A program made the position numbers and the translations under genes. The notes below the pieces were generated by a model that was not told where the DNA came from, ran no database searches, and saw only the letters and a program-made list of their open reading frames with translations. DNA of 64,000 nucleotides from Strigamia acuminata (lineage: Eukaryota). Positions 12,501 through 24,870 of this stretch are shown here, in pieces. Position 1 is the first letter of the stretch; each line of letters opens with the position of its first letter. Where the stretch lies: the NCBI GenBank assembly GCA_949358305.1, contig OX442314.1, positions 32,116,001-32,180,000 on the forward strand, written 5' to 3'.

Positions 12501-15500
12501 TTGAATTGCTATTCTCATTTTTGAATTGTTGTTATCTTTTATATTTCAATGTGTTGATTTGTCTTGTGGTTTTAGTTGTTATTTGTGTTTCATTTACATT
12601 GCTTTATCATTGTATATTTTTATTGATAATTTACCATTTTATTAGATTGAATAGTTTAATATTGTTGTAATATTTCTTATTTTAATGCTTCAATATATTT
12701 GTATTTCTTATTTGAGTGTTTGACCTGTTCCTCATTTGTAGTACCTTGCCCTGTTAATCCCTTAATTGGTGTGGGTTTTTCCTACCTCTTGAGCGCCGTC
12801 TCATTGGCGCTCTGAACGCGTCATCCACATTCCTCTACCCCTTTTCCCATTGTGTTGAAAATAGAATAAACTTTTAGTGTACTTTTTACCTCTAAAACGT
12901 GTGGTTGTGCTTTTACTTTGCTCCAACGCCATCTTTGAATTTCAACACAACCTCAACTTTATCCATCATTTGTATCCAGGAACTTTTAGAAACTTGTTGC
13001 TAAGTTTGTATTATTTTTATCTTATGCAAATTTAACAGAATTAAAAGCCAATTAAAATACACTAGTCTTTCCCATATGCATTGAATCAGTTATTTGAATG
13101 AATTGAATTGGACAATTATTTGGTTACAAATTTTGAAATTTGAGAGCAAATACTTGTGTGGCTGACTGTAAGTAACATCATGAACATAATTATAAGTTAA
13201 TCACAATTTCAGAATGCTACAAGTAATAATAATAATAATAACATGCTTTACTTTGCTGACTGTGAAATTTTGTTTCTTCAGAAACAATGTTGTGTGTGAA
13301 ATTTCTTCAAATTGACATTTTTGTTGCTCTGCACAGTTTATCCCTAAATTGGTTGATTGAAAACTGTTCCCACCAAATTCATATTTCAATAACTGCAAGC
13401 TAAAATCCTAGAATTAAAAATAAAAAAATATGCATATTAACTTCTTACTTTATAATTTTTCATTCATTACAAATCATGTGTATAAACGTTTATAGTGTAT
13501 GTTGGGTATATAAACCCCCCAAGTTATTTACAATAAATCAGTTCTCACTTTGTGACAATGTTCTTTCGGCGCAAATATTTTACAATACTTGGTCGAGAAA
13601 AGCCATGTCAAACTACTAAAAGCTCACGAGAACAAGTTTAACAATTACTGAAGGTGAATTATTGCAATAGTGTAAATAAAATGGAGTCGTGGGTTTTCTC
13701 AAATCATATGACATTTATTTAGTATAACTCCGTTATATAAATAAAATGGCCTACAAAGATGGCCAGTGATAATACGATTGGTGTCCTTGGCTCCGAAATA
13801 GATGGGTCAATACATCGTATTCGCATGGAGAAAAGATGTCATCTATCGTCGGGCTGACTGGTCTCTGGTTTGGTTCTGTAATGGCGGTATCCGAGGCTGT
13901 GCGGTTGACTTATTCCACATTGTCACAATCTCATGTAAATATCTAAGATATTTGCATAGAGTATTGCTGTTATGCTGTTTGGATTACGCATACTTTTGTT
14001 ATCAAGTATGACGTAAATAATTCATCATGTGGGAATTAATGATATTCAGGCGTCACACATAACTCGATGAGTATATGTCGTGAGCCAAAGGTCATTATGT
14101 TGTCATCTGGATTACAACAAGCAAATTTGGTTATCATTTGTTTTGCTGCAATGTTTACGTCCGGTTCTGTGTCAATCGAGTTCTTTATCGTGAGTAAAAC
14201 TTCGTTTTGCATCATGATACGATGAAATGATTTATACAACTGAGTTGACTAAATCCAAACTGTAAAAGTACAAATATGAAATCCTACCGGGTCCGAACGG
14301 TAAACATCATCCATCGCTCAGCCCGGTATCCTCGCGATCACACAGTCGCCGTCTGCCTCACAGGACTTGGCGGTAAACATCATCCATCGCCCAATCCCGC
14401 GGCGTCACCTAGCCTAGCGAGTACTAAATGCCCGTCCAGGCCTAATTCCTCGCCAGTCCGGATGGTCATGACCACAGACAAGGATGGAGGTTTCCTCATC
14501 CAGGGTCGTACTCACGGAACACAACATTATCCGTAGCGTCAACCTCAGTCAAAGGCTGGTGATGCGCCATCGTTTCGATAGCACCCAAAGATTGTCTTGC
14601 AACAATCCGCATTTCACCACAGGTCATGGTAAGCAGCACCATTTAAGGCGGGGAATGCATATAAATATATATGCGGGCTCAAGTAAGTAAGTGTGGTACA
14701 AATATCATGACAAGAGCGAGCTATTTCCTGTTGCAAGGGAATATATGCTCTTAGAGCACAATGGAACTTCCAATGCTCCAATGGGGACATGAGTCCTCGG
14801 AATCCCTCCAATCACTCAGTGTAAAGGTTGGATACTGAAGCCACTTGCCTAATTAGATGACTTCCAGATGTTAAACAGGAACTGGATACCCAGGACCTAG
14901 CTTTCTCCCAGGTCAGGACAGGAACTGGATAGCGGGGACACACTTTGGATTAAGTCTTTGACTCAATCCACAGGGTGCCCATAATTGGTGCAGGTGCATG
15001 AGGTTCGCTTGGTTTCATGATAAATTCAAAGAATATTATCCTAAGACCATCAAATACATATCTAATTGTAATAAATATATATAAAACAATATAATCAAAT
15101 GTTAACTTCACATAAAACTCAGTTTTATGTGCTTTTAACTTTAATTCTTCAATTTCTGGTTAAATTTGCCGCTAAATGTAAAAAGCGCCATCTAATGACG
15201 AATTTAGGCATTTATTAGGTAAATACACCAAAATGTAACCGTCACACGTCCCCCTAATCAATAGAACTACTCTGTATTTCTCATTGATTCTCTTCTTTAA
15301 TAAATGACTAATCTTAGATCAATCCATTTAAGGTGGCTTTATTCATTTTACGGATCGTACATCTTCTCGTGAGATAAATCCTCTTTGTGGACATGTAGAT
15401 TCTTTGCTCCACAAACCAATAATATCTTAGTGAATATCTTAATAAATCTTTTTCTCATTTTTTCTTAGAAAAAAGTCAAATCAATTTTTTGGGATGTTCA

Positions 15501-18500
15501 AAAAATAATTAAAGTTCTGTATTCATGACAGGTTATTCGGAGAATTATTGTTCATGAAATCAAACATACCTAACTATTCTTGGTTAGTATCACAATTCTT
15601 GTGGCTAATAACGTTGAACGACAAGGGTCATCTAAATACAATTAGTACTGTTATTAAAAAAAGAACAATACTAAAATTTAGGCAATATTTTTGAAGAAAA
15701 CACTCTTGATACTTCACAAATAACTCGAATGATTTGTTATTCGTAAGAAAAAACAAATCTATCGGTATTTCGACTCTGATTTCTACAAATAACTAAGTTA
15801 TTTGAAGAATGGTTCTACTTCTTCTACTGGATTGAGACTTGTCAGTGTTTGGTCATTGAATTTCTCCAATTTCTTGTTGTAGAATCGAATTTCGAGACTG
15901 TTTCCTCTCAGAGAAAACTATCTTGATGACTTGTATGTTTACAAAATCGAGTGTCCGGGAAATTAATATTTGAGTGAAAATCCTACTAGATTTCTTGATC
16001 TTTTTTCTAGGAAAAAATAACTCAGTCTGATTTTTTGGATGTTCAACAAAAATATTAAAAGTTTTTACTTGTAAATGGCATTTCATTCGCACATAACTCT
16101 AAGAGTATATACTACGAATGGTCTCATAGGTTTGAGTCTATTTCTGGAAGAAGTATCCGATTCAAGTATAAACTTGGTTTATGACATGAAAAAGTTGGGA
16201 TTTCACTTAGCTAAATTGGGTTACAATTTAACTAATTAAAATCTTGATTTGTTTTCACTAAGCTGTTGGGCAGCCTTAGTTTACCAAATCTGGAATGCGC
16301 TGTTGAATTATATCGGGTCCGATGTTCCCACGTTACTCATCACCGGACATGATCTCCTCGCGACCACACGGTCGCCATCGAGCATTTGGACATGGAGTTA
16401 TTAAAGCATCCATATCCAAACAAGATGTATGCCGATGTAGATTTTCGTTAAGTCCACAACTTCATCAGCATTGATTTATTTATTTTTTTCTTAGCTAATT
16501 TCTCGAGAGAAAAATAAACGTAAGAAATTTATCTTCAAATTTTGTCTGAAAGAAAATTGTCCATGTACTAGTAGGTAACAGATTTGTTCTCAGAATTCTA
16601 TCTATTGTCTACTAATAAATTGGCAGTTTGATGCTCTCTTGTGAGGACGAGAATGGAACTGCCCATAGGGAGTATAGGAAGTTCTTCGCATTCTCTGTGA
16701 GGGTAAATTTCTTAGAAATTCCACACCTGTCTTAAGTTTGTTGGTTTTTCAATCTTGGGTCTTATTTTCAAAAGGAAACAATTAACTCTTTGATTTAACT
16801 GTTTTGTCGGAATGTTTAATATTTCTTCGAAATAAAAACATATTTGTTTGGATGTAAGAATGTATTAATTTCTCAAAAGAAAAATTATTTCCAATCTTAT
16901 TAATCTTGAGTGAAGAATATTTATCAAATCTCCTATTTCTTAGAAAAAGAAGTGTGACAAACATTCTAAGTTCCTTGTGATTCTTAATATTCGAATAAAG
17001 ATGTTTCCTTCGGATTGGTCCCAAGATTCTTTGAGGTATATTCTTCGAATAATACTTCAATATCTTGCTAGTTTTTATGTGCAAAATGTCCGTTGCGCTT
17101 CATTATTAAATGAAGACACCACAAAGTTTGCTAGTTTACTTTTCTGAGAAAAGAGAAACTCTCTGGGTGGAATGAATGGTGATAACAAGGACGTTTTGTC
17201 ACTTGGTCGCTAATTCCTTTCTTGAAGAAGCCCTTGCTGATTTGTTTAAGTCCTTATATTCTTTACACATGATTTTCGTTCTTTATGCTCTTAATTTTTT
17301 TAAATGAAAAGATAAATTTAAAAAAACCATAATGTAAGTTGCTAGATTCGTATATTCGTCTTCAGATTTATTCTCAATAAAAAAAATAACTTTAAAAATT
17401 ATATAATTTACTGAGAAAATCTGCTGTCTTTGGTTTCTTCTAATATTTCGATTGAAATTATTAAAAATAAATCATTGTAAAATTTCTTAGTTTGATTTTT
17501 AGTAAAAAGAACAAACATAAAAAACTTATTTCCAAATTTCTGAGAAAAATGAAACACAATTAAATTTTTAAGGTTATAAAAGGTTATAAAGAATTTCATT
17601 CTTATATACCCCTTCCCCCTTTTCTTCAGAATTAACAAATTCTGTAGAAATATCAAAAAGAAATATAAACTTCTTAGTTTAATTTTCATAGAAAATAAAC
17701 CAAAAAAATTTAATTCCTAATTTTTGGGCGAAATTAACGTTTCGTTTCTTCTAGTACTTCTATGAAATACTAAAATAAAACTTTATATCCACCTGTTTAT
17801 TAATCAGGATCCTGATTATCAAAATCGTTGTTTGTTTCTTAAAAAATTTCTAAGAAATTTTGAAGGAAACATAATAGCAGCAAATTGGAGGTTGGGTGAA
17901 TGAGAAGTGACCTCTTGATTGGGGGTCAACTTAGTCATTCATCCCCCTTTGCTAGGATTCCCGTCGCGTTTCAGCCTGTCTCTCTATTTGGGTCAATATT
18001 TCTCAGAAATATTAATTTAACAGTAGCAATTTTTGATTACTTTCTCTAGGAGAAAGTAAAGAGCAATTGTATATAATTTACCAGCCACATATTTTGATCA
18101 ATAAAATTTCTTCTGTTTATTTACATCTCGTAAGAAATATAAACATACAAAAGTGAGTTGTGTAGATTGGGTGAACAGAAAATGGCACAGGTGACGTGAG
18201 TCATCTGCACATTTACCAAAGTACATCCCTCTTTTAAGCTGTCACAGCAAACAACGTCAAGGTAATTATCTTCTGAAGAAAAGTAGTAATCTCTTCTGTC
18301 TTTAAGTTGGTGCATCTTAGTATTTTTCTTGGTCACCCTTCTCTAGGAGAGGATAGCCTCAATAATACATTGTGTGATTTAATATTTTCATAAAAAAAAA
18401 TATTAACGTGGAGTTCTTGAACTTTGATAGTTTTTAACATCTATTATTCCTTTTTTCTTAGAAAAAAACAAACTTCTAGATGTAACTAAAGTTCTAATTA

Positions 18501-21500
18501 AAACTTGGCAAATTGTTGAAGTTACTTTTTCTTAGAAAAATGTAACTGACAAGAAATAACTTTTGAATGAAACATAACTCTTTGAATTTATATTTCAACA
18601 GACGACAATTTCCAAATCCTTCCAACAATCTGTCTTTGTGTTTCTCCAATACTTTCTAAGAAAGATTAAAGGGAACATGATAAAATTTCTTAGTTCAATT
18701 TTTCGTAGAAAAAAAGAAACATAAAAATTTTCGATTAAGTTTTTCAACAAAAAAATGTATCAACATCTGGGCGTCATTATCTTAGTTAGTCCTTTCGATT
18801 AAAAGAAGAAACTTTAAGAAATTGGTTCAACCGTTTTTTAACTAAGTTAAAATTTGGTAGAAATGTCCGACGAAAATTATTGTTTTGATAAACAAGAATT
18901 TCGGGAAGTATAACTGTGAGTGCTGAGCATGACAAAAATTCCTCAGTTTAAGTTTTCTTAGAAAAAAATAAACTTGTGAACCGTTAATCCCATAATTTGA
19001 TTTGTCAGCTAGAGAAATAACTCTTGGAGGTAAGGACTAGTTGAATGTCTCAAATTAGAAATTAATACTATCAAAATATTAAGTAAGAGAAAATAATTCT
19101 CTAACCCATTTTCTCAAGCCGGGAATTGACGAAAATAATTGTTGGTGTAAGCAAAATTTCTGATTATTTTGACTTATTCTCTTCGAAAATAATCCCCAAA
19201 ATAACAAAAAAATTTACTCTTCTAAGTAGAAAATCGCCGTTTGTTTTCTTCAACAATTCTCCCAGAAACATCAAAAGAAAAACTTTTTAAATGCTACTGG
19301 AATAAATTGTCTATCCAATTAGCGTAGAAAACTGTGTCACACCCAAAGGGAAGTGACGACGATAACTTTCTAGCCTGTTTGCAATCGCTGGCTGGTTAGG
19401 GCTCAAACTTTTTCCTACTCTGCTTGATTCTTTGAATCAACCAAGTTACTTCTTTCTATAAATATTCTAGAATTTACAAGAAAATCTCGTTTAAATCTTA
19501 TAAGAAATGACTACCGGTAACTAAAATTTTCGTACAATTGCACAAAAAGAAAAGAGACACATTGAAATAAAGAAACCCCAAAAATATATATTCTAACTAA
19601 CACTAACACTAGCTGTCGGCCTGTCGCTAACTATCTAAAATAAAACACACTTTTTTTTTTAAACTGGCGTTTTATAGGAAAATACGCTTAAACTAAAATG
19701 AAAAAATTATGAAAATACACTTAACTTAAACTGCTTGGAGTGGTACAATCTGGTCAGCGTGGTCAGCATGGTCAGCGTGGTCAGCGTGGTCACAGTCCAA
19801 CATGGCACAATGGTCGGCGGCGTGGCACCTCTAGTGGGTCAGGTAGTTGACCCACGAATTCCTTTGGTATTGTTTCTGTGCAAGTACTTTAACCTTTCAG
19901 GTGAAAAGTTAAAGCAGTTTACACACAATTGTTTTTCTTTTGAGATTTCTAAGAAAACATCAAAATGAAACAAGGCCCAAATTTCTTATATTTATTTTCC
20001 CCAGAAAATAAACATAAAAAATTATGTCCACGATTTTTCAATCAGATTTCAAATTTGATCAAAAAACGAAAATCGTTGTTTTGTCTCATCTTAATACCTC
20101 TGAGAAATATTAAGCAAAACACTGTAGAATTTCTGAGTTAAAATTTTCGTAGAAAAAGATAACTTTTACAATTTTACATCTAAATTATTCAAGCTTTGTA
20201 AAAGACATGAAAAATTCAAACATAACAATCTTGTTAATCCTTTTATTATTTCTAAGAAATATCAAAAGATAAACAGATAAAATTTCCATTTTTTACACTT
20301 CACTCAAAGTTCACTTTCAAGTCTTGCAACCTATCTCGGTGGGACCTCCACGTGTGACAATGTTCTTTCGGCGCAAATATTTTACAATACTTGGTCGAGA
20401 AAAGCCATGTCAAACTACTAAAAGCTCACGAGAACAAGTTTAACAATTACTGAAGGTGAATTATTGCAATAGTGTAAATAAAATGGAGTCGTGGGTTTTC
20501 TCAAATCATATGACATTTATTTAGTATAACTCCGTTATATAAATAAAATGGCCTACAAAGATGGCCAGTGATAATACGATTGGTGTCCTTGGCTCCGAAA
20601 TAGATGGGTCAATACATCGTATTCGCATGGAGAAAAGATGTCATCTATCGTCGGGCTGACTGGTCTCTGGTTTGGTTCTGTAATGGCGGTATCCGAGGCT
20701 GTGCGGTTGACTTATTCCACATTGTCACAATCTCATGTAAATATCTAAGATATTTGCATAGAGTATTGCTGTTATGCTGTTTGGATTACGCATACTTTTG
20801 TTATCAAGTATGACGTAAATAATTCATCATGTGGGAATTAATGATATTCAGGCGTCACACATAACTCGATGAGTATATGTCGTGAGCCAAAGGTCATTAT
20901 GTTGTCATCTGGATTACAACAAGCAAATTTGGTTATCATTTGTTTTGCTGCAATGTTTACGTCCGGTTCTGTGTCAATCGAGTTCTTTATCGTGAGTAAA
21001 ACTTCGTTTTACATCATGATACGATGAAATGATTTATACAACTGAGTTGACTAAATCCAAACTGTAAAAGTACAAATATGAAATCCTACCGGGTCCGAAC
21101 GGTAAACATCATCCATCGCTCAGCCCGGTATCCTCGCGATCACACAGTCGCCGTCTGCCTCACAGGACTTGGCGGTAAACATCATCCATCGCCCAATCCC
21201 GCGGCGTCACCTAGCCTAGCGAGTACTAAATGCCCGTCCAGGCCTAATTCCTCGCCAGTCCGGATGGTCATGACCACAGACAAGGATGGAGGTTTCCTCA
21301 TCCAGGGTCGTACTCACGGAACACAACATTATCCGTAGCGTCAACCTCAGTCAAAGGCTGGTGATGCGCCATCGTTTCGATAGCACCCAAAGATTGTCTT
21401 GCAACAATCCGCATTTCACCACAGGTCATGGTAAGCAGCACCATTTAAGGCGGGGAATGCATATAAATATATATGCGGGCTCAAGTAAGTAAGTGTGGTA

Positions 21501-23748
21501 CAAATATCATGACAAGAGCGAGCTATTTCCTGTTGCAAGGGAATATATGCTCTTAGAGCACAATGGAACTTCCAATGCTCCAATGGGGACATGAGTCCTC
21601 GGAATCCCTCCAATCACTCAGTGTAAAGGTTGGATACTGAAGCCACTTGCCTAATTAGATGACTTCCAGATGTTAAACAGGAACTGGATACCCAGGACCT
21701 AGCTTTCTCCCAGGTCAGGACAGGAACTGGATAGCGGGGACACACTTTGGATTAAGTCTTTGACTCAATCCACAGGGTGCCCATAATTGGTGCAGGTGCA
21801 TGAGGTTGGCTTGGTTTCATGATAAATTCAAAGAATATTATCCTAAGACCATCAAATACATATCTAATTGTAATAAATATATATAAAACAATATAATCAA
21901 ATGTTAACTTCACATAAAACTCAGTTTTATGTGCTTTTAACTTTAATTCTTCAATTTCTGGTTAAATTTGCCGCTAAATGTAAAAAGCGCCATCTAATGA
22001 CGAATTTAGGCATTTATTAGGTAAATACACCAAAATGTAACCGTCACAACTTTCAAGCCATCTTGCATGCAACATTCATTTTAGCAACATAACATAAAAG
22101 TTTGCTTGTTTGGACGGACGCCACATGGTCAGGGGAAGGCCACGCGGCGCTAGACGCAACACACATGATAAAATTAACCTCCGAAATACACAAGAGGAAC
22201 TAGTTAGTTTTGGTTATAGCTTTATTGTTGTCTAAGGGTATGATTTAGGTGTTTCACATGTTGTCTCACGCGCGAACCACACTCGTTGATTCCCACGCAT
22301 TTCCTACAAAAAATGAGAGTAAAAGCAGAAACATAGACAAACCATTGAGCTAGGACCCTCTTACTCATTTATTGATTTAAACGAGCAAATCTGGACACAC
22401 CGTGTACTTTCATAAATATTGAAGTTGAATGGTACTTGTATTCATTCATAAAAAAATAAACATTTTGCGCATACATCATTTAACTAAGTAATGACTCTCA
22501 CCATACGATGTTCCGAATATGTGAATAAGTAAACTTTATTCTGTCTCCATACGATGAGATCTTGTAACGAGTGCAAATATGCATCATGCTTTTGATCTCT
22601 AGTTCCTAATGTTTCCTTGACGACAACCATCAATATTTTGTTTTCAACTGTATCAAAAGTATAATGGGCAAGCTGGAATTAAAATTTATTATTAAATATG
22701 TAGCCAGAATGCAGTGTCTTACTGGGTTCCCACTTGACTCAAACACAGCAGAAAGTTCTGTTTTCTGCCAATATCTCTGATTTAAACTTGACAATGAATT
22801 TGAAATCATCAAATGCGGCCAATGTTCATCCGATTACCCGTGCTTAGTTTCAACGGGAGACGAAGCTATTTTTGGCAATATTCGAGCAATGCGGTCAAAT
22901 TTTCAAATTTATCAATTTTTACACAAATAAAATTATAGTCTATTTTCTGTACACTTTTCTGCCCACTTTTCTTGCGAGATGGAAACCAGCAACAGAAAAG
23001 TTGACATTTCAGCTCTGAAAATTTTCTACCGTAAGCTTAGAAACCTTTGTATCGAGTTTTTCATTCAAGTGGGAACGGAGCGTTAAAACCAGAATAGATT
23101 AGACGTTCTGTCTCGATTAGATCAACAAACATTCAGTCGGCATGGCAATAAGTTGACAAACGTGACTGCCTGCCATAACTTGTCAAACTAATGATGTTCC
23201 CGACTAGCAGAATGAATGATTGATTGAGTTTGAGGAGAATGCTCTTTACTTGTTCACAACTTTCGATCCAAATGAGAATCAGCTGAAAAGGAGCATCATT
23301 AAACTCTAATGATGTATTGGTGAATTGTTGGGCCGACATATGTATTTTTCCAGTCCAATTGAAACGGATCAATTTCAACAAGCAAGTTGGAACTAGAATT
23401 TTTAAAAAAATATTACGGAGTAATATTTAAAAATAAAAATAAAATAATTCAATTAATAACCATAATCATTTTGATAAATAATATGTATTCTTCTTGCATT
23501 TGTGATTTGTACAATATTAGATAATTGAAAAATGAGTTGGTTGTCACAATCAGATAAAGATGAATACAGTGAGAGAGAGTTTTTCCAAGCTTAAAGAAAA
23601 AGCATTCATATTCAGGTTATTATTTTATCAATGTTCTTAATTACTGAGAATGTAAAAATAAATTAATAAAATGTATAATCAGCTTACTGTTTGAAATGTC
23701 TATAAATTCAGCGATTAAATAAAAGAAAAATATTCTTAAAATGTTCAT
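3544..23748 (-). CDS. Ionotropic receptor (variant iGluR, chemosensory IR-type) gene 1; 11 exons, 601 aa: 23688-23748, 23461-23589, 23250-23392, 22502-22672, 13252-13407, 6390-6478, 6275-6335, 5334-5592, 5073-5260, 3905-4155, 3544-3841
   Basis: All introns are GT-AG with consistent phases, and the joined CDS is 1806 nt with no internal stop. It has a hydrophobic N-terminus ([13 protein letters not shown]), S1 lobe [21 protein letters not shown]1 [14 protein letters not shown]3 [16 protein letters not shown] (cf. SSYTANLAAFLT), S2 end [13 protein letters not shown] and M4 [20 protein letters not shown]. The exon pattern is mirrored in gene 2. Confidence 0.85.
5814..5865. repeat. Short inverted repeat (hairpin) in an intron
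   Basis: ATACTTTGTGAGACTTG...CAAGTCTCACAAAGTAT, 17-bp perfect arms plus inner pairing. Confidence 0.7.
6552..7129 (+). repeat. BEL 5' LTR
   Basis: TGTGAAAA...TTAACA; no difference from 12460-13037 seen by eye. Confidence 0.95.
7131..7148 (+). promoter_or_regulatory. Primer-binding site, tRNA-Phe
   Basis: TGGTGCCGAAACCCGGGA is the complement of the tRNA-Phe 3' end. Confidence 0.9.
7185..12464 (+). CDS. BEL/Pao Gag-Pol polyprotein (1759 aa)
   Basis: DUF1759-type gag (IPKFDG...W..F), three Cys/His knuckles, protease [16 protein letters not shown], RNase [11 protein letters not shown], integrase HHCC / DFAGP / SDNG / WERMV and a DUF5641-like C-terminus. The stop codon lies inside the 3' LTR. 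Confidence 0.96.
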   Translation: MVRVFELKNRAFRAAILVTETLLTTITAALTGRAAIPQATIELWMQQLEQKHKRAQTTFDATLDQAKSDQEIDTTVQALDALEDRLAAARAELARYIQTYFPPLPPQNLRPDAEAQPTANIDALAAAITAAVSAATPRVTPTNGQPFIKRKPLEIPKFDGRKPEEWGGFWKTFSIQVGDDEQLDATHKLLHLRTYLVGDALDDIKALEITAGNYNTAVTRLQKKYGDKIVLENKYLSNLINLPLVNSDRDRMGLQKLHRHVEINIENLANIEVPLAEIQRTIFPVLSSAIPRNVIMEYDKDCDGERSVTRLMDWLSSYIAKHAKYDMMKTQTKPDAATNKSSFTNNAHNNKGKFKRKEKEPRSGSASQLSVIIIKCQFCDSTEHNRKRCPLSMEERRKKLQKKGICLRCLGKAPHKTEECRTRMKCYSCEGAHHTHVCDTPKSTEVVEGVTHSNSVVTTCPPKSEFLMVQMVKMAGPKLSTSGVCYIDGGAQRTFIRSELVKKLNLKILGTETINLAVFGQEPKSEIRNRVELTLSPANSKSPAVTIEAIETAHVTSTPGEQPNAQLKAELHRRKIEVACKQVALHSKEVDLLIGVDHYWRVMTGQTEFLEENLIAVKTKFGWTLHGQTTNGTRVIAAPVRINKITLTPSTDDLLRRMWELEPIGVRHESVEDSDDAETLQKFEKTIKWTGSKYSVELPWIVDTNELDDNYRGAEQRIMSLIRRFRKQPNLYLEYKKVIDEQLKMGIVEEIPNQTSTGPVYYMPHSPVIKEERITTKLRVVFDASSHRKGHLSLNDCLSKGINFLPSLIFVLLGFRLGRVAMMGDIKKAFHMIEIALKDRDATRFFWIDECWDGIGKALLKVLRQTRVLFGATPSPFLLSATIRHHLRKYEEKYPETVKLLLKCLYVDDFISSLKTVAQALVTFRQSNLIFTEAGMELAKWQTNSPELRAKFREECPSDTLLTSDEDTKVLGIRWNPNSDELGLAVEKTCSPYQKATKREVIKLTAQIFDPLGFATPFTVTARMFFQSLWLRNLPWDDELDIELRADWKKWTDQIPTLKNIAIPRWLGLDEFDQCEVHIFCDASPKAYGAVAYIQNSNGDLIETNFILSKCRVAPVKPLTLPRLELMGALVAVRLADQIKELVTPNEIFFWTDSQICLHWIKNTSKRPPTFVHNRVLEIREKSRVDEWRHVPGVENPADRLTRGMDAEAMIVERLWWKGPDWLRGSRQDWPNLPTETVEEPDEMTEIHVEAVQTTITNVFPFAKFGSLSKAIRTLAWVFRFADNAGKRQQDANQRGRGPLVATELKRARFGLIRIAQAEVYGQEINQLRDGKQIQRDSKLRDLNPQLNDMGLIELQTRLQKSRDLHTAVQPLILPPNHKLTKLILQHSHLQVLHCGLTATLSKFRDLYWTPSARRTLKSILDKCVVCKKIQGRLMREVPGPLPADRTTKCQPFAVTGVDFAGPIIIKGRTTKAYIALFTCATIRAVHLELVPSLSTTDFLGAFERFISRRGLPKTMYSDNGSTFRRAHLELSSLLRSTKDEAFQNYLAQKGIEWKFIVENAPWWGGFWERMVQTVKRCLKKVIGSAHLNFYQFGTFLAQTEAVINRRPITYVYEKPSEAEPLTPAHFLTGIMQTHLPDSGSTEILEPTQKEFVRQWQYQQRMLSTFWSRWSREYLKDLKVQTGKSDKRELQIDDVVIIEEQFKPRLKWKMGRVVEVRRGRDDKVRSCELVLADGGKLRRPVQRLVRLEVGSDIPSPPAV
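12460..13037 (+). repeat. BEL 3' LTR
   Basis: Direct repeat of 6552-7129. Confidence 0.95.
13551..15246 (-). repeat. Element E 3' LTR
   Basis: Direct repeat of 20353-22048; two substitutions noticed (14209 and 15006). Confidence 0.95.
19751..19792. repeat. 9-bp tandem repeat (TGGTCAGCR, about 4.7 copies)
   Basis: Read directly from the sequence. Confidence 0.85.
20333..20350 (-). promoter_or_regulatory. Primer-binding site, tRNA-Gln (element E)
   Basis: TGGAGGTCCCACCGAGAT is the complement of the tRNA-Gln 3' end. Confidence 0.9.
20353..22048 (-). repeat. Element E 5' LTR
   Basis: TGTGAC...GTCACA termini, adjacent to the PBS. Confidence 0.95.
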
Positions 23749-24099
23749 GATAAGAGAAAACTTGTACGCTGTTTAGTTCACAGTCCCAGTGATATTGACT
23801 GCTGCACACGCTTGACACGAGACACGATCAAACTGATGTTAGCAACCATTGCGAACAACCCGTGTAAAAATAACCACAACTGTCATTCCACAAACAATTA
23901 GATAAATCAAACAACTGTCAAGTTGCAAGATTTTGTCCGGAGATCTCGCTGCACGACCGTGAAGCGCGAACACGATATTAAATAAATGATGATTGATTGT
24001 GAGTGGCGGTCGGATAACTCGCGGTCAGTGGAGGACTGCTGAGGCTTACTGCTTATTGTTTCCAGTGCCAACTGGTGACAGTGAGTGTCATATTCATGT

Positions 24100-24480
24100 G
24101 CTCCCCTTGTCAGTGCACCTACTTTGAATTTGCTGATGAAATACTCTGGTGCAAATTCTTCTCCAACCAACTCCTCAATCAGAGCTTTGACCTTTGCAAA
24201 CATCACGATGTACGCCGACTTTACTTTGCATTCCATCAAGCAGAACACCATTGGCAGAGTTCGTGTAGTTGCGTCTGATACTTCTACATGATGTAAGAGC
24301 GTGTATAATTGAAGAAACAAAGCGCATACAGTCCGCAAAGCTCCATTGCCAAGAAAACTCATGCACTCGTTGTAATGTATTGCGGCGATCCGGGTTTTTA
24401 CTTGAGAAATCGAGGAGACTTATCAAGCAATCGTCGTAGAGATGCCGTACAGGACTTCTACTCTGTGGCCAAATGTTTGT
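24100..24480 (-). pseudogene. Degenerate Mutator-like (MULE) transposase fragment
   Basis: FLGNGALRTVCALFLQLYTLL...LPMVFCLMECKVKSAYIVMF...PEYFISKFKVGAL resembles the MULE pattern DGTF..P..F.QLYTIH...P.VYCLL..K...Y...F...P.....DFE.A, with the acidic residues lost. Confidence 0.7.
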
Positions 24481-24669
24481 CTAGGGGAATGATTTTACAC
24501 AGAGTAAAGGAAAAATTAGATAGTTTTAATTAGTTCAAAAATACACCGGAGATATATGCAAAATAATAATGTTTGGGGTCGATCTGACTTCTTCTTCACC
24601 AATATAAACTCACAGTCGACCGTTGGCTCCAAGATGGCGTCGATGGCGTCGTGTGAGCGCGGGATTTTA

Positions 24670-24870
24670 GCGGAGTAAACTCAACGCTAAAATACGCCTC
24701 TAAATATTCTAAAATCCTCGCGGAGCAAGCTCAACACGAGAATACGTCTTGCACACAGCGGTTCGATTATTACGGAGCAAGCTCGACGTAACAATCGGTC
24801 TTTACACAGATCGCTTTGTGGAGTTAAACTCGACACAAAGCCTTCAAATTGACAGAGCAAGCTCAATGTC
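24670..24870. repeat. Five degenerate ~35-50-bp tandem units with core GGAGCAAGCTCAAC
   Basis: Cores at about 24671, 24721, 24772, 24819 and 24852. Confidence 0.65.

Larger units (their letters stand above)
6552..13037 (+). mobile_element. Full-length BEL/Pao LTR retrotransposon in intron 5 of IR gene 1
   Basis: 578-bp LTRs at 6552-7129 and 12460-13037, 5-bp TSD GAATT (6547-6551, 13038-13042), tRNA-Phe PBS and a single gag-pol ORF. Confidence 0.97.
13551..22048 (-). mobile_element. Element E: non-autonomous (LARD-like) LTR retroelement with a non-coding AT-rich interior, in intron 4 of IR gene 1
   Basis: 1696-bp LTRs at 13551-15246 and 20353-22048, 4-bp TSD ACTT, tRNA-Gln PBS at 20333-20350 and PPT-like TAGGGGGACG at 15247-15256. 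No ORF longer than about 100 aa in the 5.1-kb interior. Confidence 0.92.

Noticed and set aside
13802..14811. Short ORFs duplicated at 20604-21613 (and likewise within the B, C and D LTR pairs)
   Set aside because: They recur only because the LTRs are duplicated; there is no independent coding evidence.
15853..17084. Short minus-strand ORFs in element E as gag remnants
   Set aside because: Only a faint [11 protein letters not shown] resemblance; too weak to call without a profile search.
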